A stretch of DNA of 62,846 nucleotides, the filler included, from Candidatus Babelota bacterium (GTDB lineage Bacteria; JAGOBX01), in the NCBI GenBank assembly GCA_017999075.1. It is 10 parts of 10 records of this genome, joined end to end, with 100 filler letters (N's around TTAATTAATTAA, not from the genome) between each part and the next. Parts side by side here need not be neighbours in the genome. Positions count along the whole stretch, not along the records: positions 28,965 to 40,550 come from JAGOBX010000065.1; 9 more parts are not named here. One strand, 5' to 3'. The translations under genes and the position numbers were made by a program. Positions 29,312-38,417 of the stretch are shown here, piece after piece; position 1 is the stretch's first letter; each line of letters begins with the position of its first letter. The notes below the pieces were generated by a model, which saw only the letters and a program-made list of their open reading frames with translations, was not told the DNA's origin and did no database searches.

Positions 29312-31255
29312 ATGAGTTCAAAACACAGAATCGGAATTTTTATTTGCCGCTGCGGAACTAATATAGCCGACAAATTGAATTTCGATGAATTGAAAGAGCG
29401 GATTGCAAAATTTCCTGATGTAATCGGTGTTTTTGAAGATAACTTTTTTTGCGCTCCTGCCGGAAAAACAAAAATTAAAGAAGTTGTAGAAAAAGAAAAA
29501 TTGACAGGTTGTTGTTTTGCCGCTTGTTCGCATCGAGTTCATGAAAAAACTTTTATGGATACGATAAATGAAACAGGGTTGAACCAGTTCATGATACAGA
29601 TGGCTAATTTGAGGGAACATATAACCTGGGTTGTAAATGATAAAAATGAAGCTACAGAAAGGGCATATAGACAGATAAAAGCTGCAGTTGCAAGATTGAA
29701 ACATCAAGTGGAACTTGAAATAAAACATATTGATTTAAAAACTGACGTTGCAATAATCGGTGGGGGGATAGCAGGAATAAAAGCAGCTAAAGCTTTGGCT
29801 AAAGATTCAAACCGGACGATTTACCTGATTGAAAAAGAAGCTACGCTCGGAGGATGGATGCCGAAATGGGAAAAATCTTATCCTACAATGGATTGCAACC
29901 CATGTTTTCTTGCTCCTGAACTGACAGATATGCGTGATTATAAAAATATAAAAGTTATAACTCTCGCAGAAATTCAGGAAATAAAAGGGTTTTATGGTAA
30001 TTTTAATCTTAAGATAAAACAGAAAGCAAGATATGTAAATGAAGGCTGTATAGGTTGCATGGAATGTTTTAATGTTTGCCCGGTTAAAGTAAAAAATGAA
30101 TTTAATTCAAATATGAATTACAGAAATTCTATATATATACCTTTCCCGGGCAGTTATCCGAATCTTGCTTTGATTGACGAAAAAAGCTGTTTGAGATTTA
30201 AAGGAGAAGACTGTACAAAATGTAAAGAAAGTTGTATGTTTGAAGCGATTGAATATAATCAGACATCACTTGATTGGGATATCAGTGTAGGAGCAGTGAT
30301 AGTAGCAACGGGATTTGAATTTATAGATATTGCTGAATTTCCTCAGTATAATTATACGGGTACAACCAATATTTTTACAAATTTTGAATTTGAAAGAATG
30401 ATGTCGTCATCAGGACCGTCACACGGGCATATAAAAACGAGAGATGATAAAGATCCTCAAAGTGTTGCAATTGTATATTGCGGAGGAAGATCAAAAGCAG
30501 GGTATTGTTCGTCAGTATGCTGCGGAACATCAATGAAATATGCGAAATTTTTATTAGGACATAATCCGGGTGTGAAAATTTATCAAATATATTCGGAAAT
30601 CTGCCTTGAAGGCGATGGTGTTCAGAGGATGAAAGAAGAATTGGAAAAAGAAGGCGTAGAATTTATAAAAGTTGATGATTATAGAAATATAAAAGTTTCT
30701 GCGGCAGGCGGAAATACTGAAATAATGTATACACAAAATAATATAGAAAAAAAAATTACTGCGAATATTACTGTAGTATCAATGGGAATAAAACAATCCG
30801 AAGGCAGCAGACAGGTATCAAAAATGATGGATTTGACTTTTACTAAAGACGGTTGGTTTGATAAATGGCATTCAAAAATGGAGCCTGTGACAAGTGTTGT
30901 TGAAGGTGTATTTCTTGCAGGATGTTGTTCGGGTCCTAAAGATGTCGGCAGATCAGTTGTATCTGCAAAATCAGCAGTTGGCGAAGCATTGTCCAAACTA
31001 ATACCGGGCCAGAAAATAGAACTTGATCCGAAAGTAAGTTATTCTGATGAGACAAAATGCGGAGGCTGCAAAATGTGCATAACCGTATGTCCGTATAAAG
31101 CTATTAGTTTCGACGAATCAAAACGGGTTTCTGTTGTAAGTGAAATTTTATGTAAAGGATGCGGAACCTGTGTTGCTTTATGTCCGGCAGGAGCTTTGAG
31201 AAACAGGCATTTTGAAGATGAACAGATCAGAATAGAAATTGAAACTTTGATATGA
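29312..31255 (+). CDS. hdrA: Heterodisulfide reductase subunit A-like flavo-iron-sulfur protein
   Basis: GGAGGA RBS then ATG 29312; GIFICRCGTNIA, ANLREH, IIGGGIAG, DCNPC, CIGCMECFNVCP, YCSSVCC, GVFLAGCCSGPKD, two C-terminal ferredoxin motifs. Confidence 0.93.
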   Translation: MSSKHRIGIFICRCGTNIADKLNFDELKERIAKFPDVIGVFEDNFFCAPAGKTKIKEVVEKEKLTGCCFAACSHRVHEKTFMDTINETGLNQFMIQMANLREHITWVVNDKNEATERAYRQIKAAVARLKHQVELEIKHIDLKTDVAIIGGGIAGIKAAKALAKDSNRTIYLIEKEATLGGWMPKWEKSYPTMDCNPCFLAPELTDMRDYKNIKVITLAEIQEIKGFYGNFNLKIKQKARYVNEGCIGCMECFNVCPVKVKNEFNSNMNYRNSIYIPFPGSYPNLALIDEKSCLRFKGEDCTKCKESCMFEAIEYNQTSLDWDISVGAVIVATGFEFIDIAEFPQYNYTGTTNIFTNFEFERMMSSSGPSHGHIKTRDDKDPQSVAIVYCGGRSKAGYCSSVCCGTSMKYAKFLLGHNPGVKIYQIYSEICLEGDGVQRMKEELEKEGVEFIKVDDYRNIKVSAAGGNTEIMYTQNNIEKKITANITVVSMGIKQSEGSRQVSKMMDLTFTKDGWFDKWHSKMEPVTSVVEGVFLAGCCSGPKDVGRSVVSAKSAVGEALSKLIPGQKIELDPKVSYSDETKCGGCKMCITVCPYKAISFDESKRVSVVSEILCKGCGTCVALCPAGALRNRHFEDEQIRIEIETLI

Positions 31256-31380
31256 AAAAATGACAACTAATATTTTTAAAGGCATAAGAAAAATAGAAAT
31301 TAAAAAATTAAGGTATTAAGATTAATATTTGAAAAATCTGACAATGAAAATTATAATAATTATTATTCGAGGAGGCAGAA

Positions 31381-31806
31381 ATGACTGAACAGTTTAAACC
31401 TAAAATAATAGCATTTGTGTGTAACTGGTGTTCATACGGAGGAGCTGATAATGCAGGAAATAATAAATTTCCAGTGCCTGCTGAAATAAGGCTGATACGT
31501 GTAATGTGTTCCGGCAGAATCGATTCTCAATTTGTAATAGAAGCTTTACAGGACGGCGCTGATGGAGTAATGATATTAGGATGTCACCCGGGAGATTGTC
31601 ATTATAAAGAAGGAAATTACAGTGCATTGAAACGTAATAAATTATTGGAGAAAATACTTGATGGTTTTGGAATATCCAGAGAACGTGTTTATCTTGATTG
31701 GGTGGCCGCTTCCGAAGGAGAAAAATTTTCAAGAGTAACCACTGAATTTGTAAATAAAATTAAAAGTATAGGACCATATATTCAGGCTGTAAAAACAACT
31801 GCCTAA
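31381..31806 (+). CDS. mvhD: Methyl-viologen-reducing hydrogenase delta subunit
   Basis: FVCNWCSY, IRVMCSGRID, GCHPGDCHY. Confidence 0.95.
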   Translation: MTEQFKPKIIAFVCNWCSYGGADNAGNNKFPVPAEIRLIRVMCSGRIDSQFVIEALQDGADGVMILGCHPGDCHYKEGNYSALKRNKLLEKILDGFGISRERVYLDWVAASEGEKFSRVTTEFVNKIKSIGPYIQAVKTTA

Positions 31807-31828
31807 AATTATTTAAGGAGGAAATTAA

Positions 31829-32794
31829 ATGTCAAAAGCTAAAATAGCGATATTTTGGGCTGCATCGTGCGGCGGCTGCGATATAGCAACATTGGATATT
31901 CATGAAACGCTTATACCGCTTCTTGAAAAAATAGAATTTGTATTTTGGCCATGCGCAATGGATTTTAAATATGCGGATGTTGAATCTATGCCTGATAAAA
32001 ATATAGATGTTTGTTTATTTAATGGAGCAATAAGAAATTCTGAAAATGAACATGTAGCAAAACTTCTAAGAAAAAAAAGTAAGTTAATGGTAGCATTCGG
32101 AGCTTGTTCGAGCTGGGGAGGAATTCCTGCGCTGATAAATTTTTCCACTAATAAAGAAACATTTGACTGGGTTTATAAAAATTGTCCGAGTGCTGACAAT
32201 AATGATGGAATTATTCCCAAGACTCATACGAAACACGATGGTTATGATTTGGAACTTCCGGAACTTTACGATACAACTAAAAAGTTGTCTGATGTTGTTG
32301 ATGTGGATTATTATGTTCCGGGATGTCCGCCTGTTCCAAATCAAATAGTAGCTGTAGTTTCCGCAATATTGGAAGGAAAACTTCCGCCGAAAGGTTCTGT
32401 AGTGGGAGCCGGAGAAAAAAATCTTTGTGATGAATGCAAACGTACAAGAAAAGAAAAAAAAATTAAAAAGTTTGTAAGAATACAGGAAATGGAAAGTATA
32501 TCAAGCGAGGAATGTCTGCTTGATCAGGGTATGTTATGTATGGGACCTGTAACCAGATCAGGATGCGGAGCATTATGTCCGGCAGCGAATGTTGGATGCG
32601 ACGGATGTTACGGACCTGCGTCTGGCATTAAAGATACCGGACTTAAAATGGTATCTGCTCTTGCGTCTGTAATTGATTCAAAAGATGAAAAAGAAATAGA
32701 AAAAATTATTGACACAATATCAGATCCAGCAGGGAGATTTTATAAATATACGATGAGTCAATCATTATTAAAACGAAAGGCGGTGAAAAAATAA
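31829..32794 (+). CDS. mvhG: Group 3c NiFe hydrogenase small subunit
   Basis: SCGGC, AFGACS, PGCPP, CLLDQGMLCMGPVTRSGCGALCP, CDGCYGP. Confidence 0.93.
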   Translation: MSKAKIAIFWAASCGGCDIATLDIHETLIPLLEKIEFVFWPCAMDFKYADVESMPDKNIDVCLFNGAIRNSENEHVAKLLRKKSKLMVAFGACSSWGGIPALINFSTNKETFDWVYKNCPSADNNDGIIPKTHTKHDGYDLELPELYDTTKKLSDVVDVDYYVPGCPPVPNQIVAVVSAILEGKLPPKGSVVGAGEKNLCDECKRTRKEKKIKKFVRIQEMESISSEECLLDQGMLCMGPVTRSGCGALCPAANVGCDGCYGPASGIKDTGLKMVSALASVIDSKDEKEIEKIIDTISDPAGRFYKYTMSQSLLKRKAVKK

Positions 32795-34258
32795 ATGAGA
32801 CGAATAACAATTGATCCGATAACACGGCTTGAAGGTCATGGAAAAATAGAAATTTTTTTGGACGAAGAAGGAAATGTGAAAAAAACATTTTTTCAAGTTC
32901 CTGAACTGCGCGGATTTGAACAGTTTGCGATAGGCCGCCCGATAGAAGAAATGCCGAGAATAACTTCCCGCATATGCGGAGTATGTCCTGAAGCGCATAT
33001 GATGGCTGCGGCTAAAGCCGGAGATGCTGTTTATAATGTTCAGGTTCCATCAGCCGGAAAAAAATTAAGAGAGCTACAGTACAGTTCATTTTATGTTCAG
33101 GATCATGCAACTCATTTTTACGCCTTGGGAGGACCTGATTTTGTATTAGGTCCTGATGCCCCTAAATCGGAAAGAAATATTATAGGAGTAATAAATAAAG
33201 TTGGTCTTGAAATAGGAAGTAAAGTTATTCAGGCAAGAAAATTCGGTCATAGAGTTTCTCAGATTCTTGGCGGTAGAACTACTCATTCTGTAAGCGCAAT
33301 ACCCGGCGGTATGAGTAAACCTATAGCTAACGATGACGAATATAATGAATTATTGAAAATCGGCGAATACTTTTTAGAATTCGGCAAACTTACAATAAAA
33401 ATTTTTGAAGATATAGTTATTGCAAATAAAAAATATGTTGAACTGATTACCGGCGATATTTATTTTCATAAAACTCATAATATGGGGCTTGTAGATAAAA
33501 ATAATTGCGTGAATTTTTACGATGGCCAAGTAAGAATAGTTGATGTTGAAGGCAGAGAAATGCATAAGTTTGAAGGGAAAGATTATAGAAATTATATTGC
33601 CGAACATGTCGAAGATTACACTTATTTAAAATTTCCGTATATAAAATCAAAAGGATGGAAAGGGTTTACCGATGGAATGGAGAGTGGTGTTTATAAAGCT
33701 ACTCCATTGTCAAGATTGAACGCTTCTGATAAAATGGCCACTCCGCTTGCTCAGGCAGAATATGAGAAAATGTATAAGACTCTTGGTGGAAAACCTGTTC
33801 ATCATACTTTGGCTACTCATTGGGCGCGCGTCATAGAATTATTGTACGCTGCTGAAAGATATAATGAATTGATAAAGGATCCTGAAATACGGTCGGATAA
33901 GGTAAGAGCGAAAGTAACTGAAAATCCTAAAGAAGGTATAGGTGTAGTAGAAGCCCCTCGCGGAACTTTATATCATCATTATGTGACAGATGAAAAAGGA
34001 ATTGTAACTAAAGCTAATTTAATTGTGGGTACTACTAATAATAATGCTCCGATAACTATGTCTATTACGCGGGCTGCGGAAAAATTAATTCATAAAGGAC
34101 AGATTCCTACAGACGCGGTTCTGAATATGATTGAAATGGCATTTCGGGCATACGATCCGTGTTTTTCGTGCGCGACCCATTCGCTGCCAGGTCAGATGCC
34201 TCTTGAAGTGGTAATTTATGATGATAAAATGGAAGTTTTAGAAACAATAAGAAGATAA
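32795..34258 (+). CDS. mvhA: Group 3c NiFe hydrogenase large subunit
   Basis: ITRLEGHG, L1 motif RICGVC, EAPRGTL, L2 motif DPCFSCATH, followed by a cleavable C-terminal extension. Confidence 0.95.
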   Translation: MRRITIDPITRLEGHGKIEIFLDEEGNVKKTFFQVPELRGFEQFAIGRPIEEMPRITSRICGVCPEAHMMAAAKAGDAVYNVQVPSAGKKLRELQYSSFYVQDHATHFYALGGPDFVLGPDAPKSERNIIGVINKVGLEIGSKVIQARKFGHRVSQILGGRTTHSVSAIPGGMSKPIANDDEYNELLKIGEYFLEFGKLTIKIFEDIVIANKKYVELITGDIYFHKTHNMGLVDKNNCVNFYDGQVRIVDVEGREMHKFEGKDYRNYIAEHVEDYTYLKFPYIKSKGWKGFTDGMESGVYKATPLSRLNASDKMATPLAQAEYEKMYKTLGGKPVHHTLATHWARVIELLYAAERYNELIKDPEIRSDKVRAKVTENPKEGIGVVEAPRGTLYHHYVTDEKGIVTKANLIVGTTNNNAPITMSITRAAEKLIHKGQIPTDAVLNMIEMAFRAYDPCFSCATHSLPGQMPLEVVIYDDKMEVLETIRR

Positions 34259-34325
34259 AAATTTTTTAATGTAAAAATATAAAATGAATTTTATATTATA
34301 ACCCAAAAATGTTTGGCAATAGTAT

Positions 34326-34377
34326 AAAACTCCAGTTCTGAAGTTTATAAATTTATATACATCATAACTGGAGTTTT
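34326..34377. repeat. 52-bp near-perfect palindrome between mvhA and hypF (terminator or mRNA stem-loop candidate)
   Basis: AAAACTCCAGTTCTGAAGTTTATAA-AT-TTATATACATCATAACTGGAGTTTT: 25-bp arms with 3 mismatches, ending in a T run. Confidence 0.75.
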
Positions 34378-34439
34378 TATATTATAGAATCATATCTTAA
34401 CACTGAATTTTAGTATCAATTAGCTTGCAAATAATATAT

Positions 34440-35531
34440 ATGGCTGATAACATAATAATAGGCTTTGGAGCTGAATCGAACGGAACTTATACAATCGTAA
34501 AAAATAAGGAATTTAAAATCAGCAGGCAATATGGAATTCTCGCTGAATACGGAAATTATTCTGAATTTTATAAACATATAAAGAATGAAATTGAAGAATA
34601 TAAAAATTCCTATGAAATAATTTTTGTATGTGATAAACATCCTGATTATGTTTCAACATCGCTTGCCGAAGAATTTCATTGTTTGATTCCTGATTCTAAA
34701 TTATACAAAGTCCAGCATCATTATGCTCATATTGCTTCTGTTTTGTATGAAAATAAAATTACAGAGAATGTTATTGGTTTTGTTTTTGACGGAACCGGAT
34801 ACGGAGACGATGGAAATAGTTGGGGCGGAGAAGTTTTATTGGCAGGCGCTAATAAATATGAAAGATGCATGCATATTGATTATGTTGACCAGCCAGGTTC
34901 TGATATGGTAGTAACAGAACCATGGAGAATGGGTATTTCTTATTTAGTAAAATCAAATATTGAATATGAAAAATTTTATACTGGAATTGGAAAAGAAAAG
35001 GTAAACATAATAAAAAATATGATTAAAAATAAAATAAATTGTCCGTTAACTTCCAGCGCAGGACGTTTGTTTGATGCGGTTGCGAGTTTGTCAGGGGTTT
35101 GCTGTTATACGGATACTCCGGCAGGAGCGGCAATTGCATTAGAAAAAATAGCGGCAAAAAATATTTATGAATTTTATGATTATGAAATTAAAAATAATTC
35201 AATTTTTTTTAATGAGACAATAAGACAAATTATTAATGATTTGAAGAAGGATGTAAGCAGTCAGGTAATTTCAGCTAAATTTCATAATACTATTGCCAAA
35301 ATGATTTTTGAAATTTCAATTGAACTTTCAAAAATATATTCTATAAATAAAGTTGCATTGTCAGGCGGATGTTTTCAGAATAAATTTCTTATGGAAAGAA
35401 TAAAATTAAATTTTTCAAAAAGTAAATTAAAATTATTTACCAATATTAATTTATCAACCACTGATGCTAATATATCGGTTGGGCAGGTATTCATAGTTTT
35501 AACCCGTAATAGTTATAATGATTTTTTTTAG
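34440..35531 (+). CDS. hypF: Short HypF: Kae1-like carbamoyltransferase domain only
   Basis: CDKHPDYVST, VQHHYAH, FDGTGYGDDG, WGGE, EPWR, TSSAGRLFDAVA, ALSGGCFQN, DANISVGQ. No acylphosphatase, zinc-finger or YrdC domain. Confidence 0.88.
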   Translation: MADNIIIGFGAESNGTYTIVKNKEFKISRQYGILAEYGNYSEFYKHIKNEIEEYKNSYEIIFVCDKHPDYVSTSLAEEFHCLIPDSKLYKVQHHYAHIASVLYENKITENVIGFVFDGTGYGDDGNSWGGEVLLAGANKYERCMHIDYVDQPGSDMVVTEPWRMGISYLVKSNIEYEKFYTGIGKEKVNIIKNMIKNKINCPLTSSAGRLFDAVASLSGVCCYTDTPAGAAIALEKIAAKNIYEFYDYEIKNNSIFFNETIRQIINDLKKDVSSQVISAKFHNTIAKMIFEISIELSKIYSINKVALSGGCFQNKFLMERIKLNFSKSKLKLFTNINLSTTDANISVGQVFIVLTRNSYNDFF

Positions 35532-35539
35532 TTTTATTG

Positions 35540-35631
35540 TGATTTTAAATGGTTGGTTTACAAAATAAATTTATTTTCATATTTTTATTGATTATCAATT
35601 AACAGGTTTGTAAACTAATCATTTAAAATCA
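35540..35631 (+). repeat. 25-bp inverted repeat with a 42-nt loop between hypF and hypC
   Basis: TGATTTTAAATGGTTGGTTTACAAA (35540-35564) pairs with TTTGTAAACTAATCATTTAAAATCA (35607-35631). Both mismatches form G-U pairs on the sense strand. Confidence 0.75.
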
Positions 35632-35660
35632 GAGTATTCATAATTTGAGGTGTATAATTT

Positions 35661-35867
35661 ATGTGTTTAGCTGTTCCTGTTCTGGTCGTTGAAAAAAATG
35701 ATTTGGACGGTAAAGTAAATATAGGCGGAGTAACACGGAATATCCGTTTTGATTTAATAGACAGTGTATCTGTAGGGGATTATGTTTTAATTCATGCAGG
35801 TTATGCGATAGAAGTTTTATCAGAATCTGAAGCTGAAGAAAATTTGAAAGAATTGGAAAAACTATGA
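35661..35867 (+). CDS. hypC: Hydrogenase maturation chaperone HypC
   Basis: MCLAVP; VGDYVLIHAGYAI. Confidence 0.97.
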   Translation: MCLAVPVLVVEKNDLDGKVNIGGVTRNIRFDLIDSVSVGDYVLIHAGYAIEVLSESEAEENLKELEKL

Positions 35868-36946
35868 AATATATAGACGAATACAGAAATTCGGATATTA
35901 TAAAAAAATATATAGAAAAGATAAAATTGATATCAGAAAAAAAAATTAATATAATGGAAATATGCGGCGGACATACAGTAGCAATTCATAAATCCGGATT
36001 TCATGAATTATTTAAAAAAAATATAAATTTTTTATCAGGTCCTGGTTGTCCTGTATGCGTAACATCAACCGCAGATATAGATAAAATAATATATTTGTCA
36101 ACCCAACTAAATTCTATTTTGTGCATATACGGGGATTTGCTGAAAGTTCCTGGTTCTAAATCATCGCTTATGATCGAGAAAGCTTCAGGAGCTGATATCA
36201 GAGTTGTGTATTCTGTTCACGATGCTTTAAATTTAGCGTTAACCGCTGCAAATAAAACAGTATATTTTGCAGGTATAGGATTTGAAACCACTGCGCCTCT
36301 TTCAGCTGCTGCAGTTTTGGAAGCAGAACAAAAAAATATAAAAAATTTTAAATTATTATCTTTGCATAAAACTGTTGCGCCTGCAATTAGGGTTTTGTTA
36401 GGTGATGCTGACAACGAAATTGATGCGTTTATTTTGCCTGGACATGTGTCGTCTGTAACAGGAGAATCAGCCTATAATTTTATATCAGAACAATATTCAA
36501 AATCTGCAGTTATAACAGGATTTGAACCGCTGGATATAATATCATCTGTTTATCATATAATCAGTATGCATGAACAAAAAAAAAATAAAATTATAAATAA
36601 TTATAAACGTGCTGTAAAACCTCAGGGAAATTTAAAAGCCCAGGAAATATTGAATTTGGTTTTTGATAACTGCGGAACTGAATGGCGCGGATTAGGGATG
36701 ATTGAAAACAGCGGACTGCGACTGAAAAACAAATTTTCAAAATATGATGCAGAAAAAAATATGGATTTTCCGAAAAATATTTTTTTGAAAAACACTGGAT
36801 GTATATGTTCTGAAATTCTAACAGGAAAGAAAAAACCTTTTGAATGCGTATTATTTGATGAAATTTGTAATCCTGATAATCCGGCAGGTGCATGTATGGT
36901 TTCTAATGAAGGCGCATGCGGCGCTTATTATAAATATAAAAAATAA
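35864..36946 (+). CDS. hypD: Hydrogenase maturation protein HypD
   Basis: MEICGGHT, GPGCPVCVT, GFETT, PGHVS, GACMVSNEGAC. Confidence 0.97.
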   Translation: MKYIDEYRNSDIIKKYIEKIKLISEKKINIMEICGGHTVAIHKSGFHELFKKNINFLSGPGCPVCVTSTADIDKIIYLSTQLNSILCIYGDLLKVPGSKSSLMIEKASGADIRVVYSVHDALNLALTAANKTVYFAGIGFETTAPLSAAAVLEAEQKNIKNFKLLSLHKTVAPAIRVLLGDADNEIDAFILPGHVSSVTGESAYNFISEQYSKSAVITGFEPLDIISSVYHIISMHEQKKNKIINNYKRAVKPQGNLKAQEILNLVFDNCGTEWRGLGMIENSGLRLKNKFSKYDAEKNMDFPKNIFLKNTGCICSEILTGKKKPFECVLFDEICNPDNPAGACMVSNEGACGAYYKYKK

Positions 36947-36962
36947 ACAGGTATTATTAATT

Positions 36963-37970
36963 ATGGATAAAATAATGTTTGCGCATGACAGCGGCGGAAG
37001 ATTGTCGCATAAACTTATTAATGAAGTTTTTTTTAAATATTTTAAAAATCCGATTTTAGATAAAACAGATGATTCGGCAAATATTAAATCGCCAGGGAAA
37101 TTACTGGCATATACAACAGATTCATTTGTAATAAAACCGAGGTTTTTTCCTGGCGGGGATATTGGAAAATTAGCTGTTTGCGGTACTTTGAACGATATCG
37201 GTGTTCAGGGAGCAACTCCGAAATATCTGACTGCAGGATTTATAATAGAAGAAGGATTTTCAATTTCAGAACTTGAAAAAATTGTGATATCTATGGCTTT
37301 ATGCGCAGAACAAAACGGGGTTCAAATTGTAGCCGGTGATACTAAAATTGTTGAGAAAAACGCATGTGACGGATTGTTTATAAATGTTTCGGGAATAGGT
37401 TTTTTTGAAACAGATAATATTCCGGATATAGACAGGATTTCAAATGGAGATAAAGTAATAATAACCGGCACTATAGGCGATCATGGAATGACTATACTGA
37501 CGCAACGAAAAGAAATTGGAATCGAATCAAATTTAAAAAGCGATTGTGCTGCTCTTTCAAAAATTTTAGTGGAATTAGTAAAAAAATTTAACCCGGATAT
37601 TAAATTTATGAGGGATCCAACTCGCGGCGGATTGGCAGGAATATTAATTGAAATCGCGGAAAAATCAGATAAAGGTATTATGTTATATGAAGAACAAATT
37701 CCTGTATCGGCTGAGGTCAAAGCTATATGTGAAATATTGGGGTTTGATCCGTTATATGTAGCGAATGAAGGAAAATGCGCAGTTATTGTAGATAAAAGGG
37801 CAGAAAAAGATTGTTTGAATTTTTTGAAGAAATTTACAGAATGCAGAAACTCGTCAGTTATAGGGGAAATAATAGAATCCCCGGATAAAAAAGTATTAAT
37901 GAAATCTCTTTATGGCGGAACGAGGATTGTTTCAATGCTGTCAGGTGAACAATTACCGCGTATATGTTAA
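36963..37970 (+). CDS. hypE: Carbamoyl dehydratase HypE
   Basis: TTDSFV, FFPGGDIGKLAVCGTLND, GDTK, MRDPTRGG, ANEG, C-terminal QLPRIC. Start at ATG 36963. Confidence 0.96.
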   Translation: MDKIMFAHDSGGRLSHKLINEVFFKYFKNPILDKTDDSANIKSPGKLLAYTTDSFVIKPRFFPGGDIGKLAVCGTLNDIGVQGATPKYLTAGFIIEEGFSISELEKIVISMALCAEQNGVQIVAGDTKIVEKNACDGLFINVSGIGFFETDNIPDIDRISNGDKVIITGTIGDHGMTILTQRKEIGIESNLKSDCAALSKILVELVKKFNPDIKFMRDPTRGGLAGILIEIAEKSDKGIMLYEEQIPVSAEVKAICEILGFDPLYVANEGKCAVIVDKRAEKDCLNFLKKFTECRNSSVIGEIIESPDKKVLMKSLYGGTRIVSMLSGEQLPRIC

Positions 37971-38000
37971 TATTAAAATATTTTATCGGAGGAATATAAG

Positions 38001-38411
38001 ATGCATGAGTGGGCGCTTGCAGAATCTATAGTTGAAACGTCAGTTAGAGAAATAAAAAAAGCGGATTTTTCAACTGTAAAAGAAATTAAAATAAAAGTCG
38101 GAGAATTAGCTCAAATAGATCTTGATTCGGTTAAATTCGCTATTTCGAATATTTTACCTGAATATGATATTAAACTTTCTGAATCATTATTTGTTTTTGA
38201 AAATTCAACCGCAGTTCTATGCTGCCGTGTTTGCGGAGCGGAATGGAATTATGCAGAATCTATGAAAAAAATATCTGATGAAAATATTGAGTCAATTCAT
38301 TTTATTCCTGAAATGGTTCATGGATTTGTCAGATGCATATCATGCGGCAGTCCTGATTTTGAAGTTAAGTCAGGCAGAGGATTAACTATAGATTATATTG
38401 AAGGAGAATAA
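38001..38411 (+). CDS. hypA: Nickel metallochaperone HypA, long-insert (Thermococcales-like) type
   Basis: MHEWALA; CRVC and CISC separated by an insert containing IHFIPE; SGRG. Confidence 0.93.
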   Translation: MHEWALAESIVETSVREIKKADFSTVKEIKIKVGELAQIDLDSVKFAISNILPEYDIKLSESLFVFENSTAVLCCRVCGAEWNYAESMKKISDENIESIHFIPEMVHGFVRCISCGSPDFEVKSGRGLTIDYIEGE

Positions 38412-38417
38412 TAAAAT

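Noticed and set aside
29312..34258. Possible selenocysteine recoding in hdrA, mvhD or mvhA
   Set aside because: All the relevant ligands are Cys and the frames have no internal TGA.
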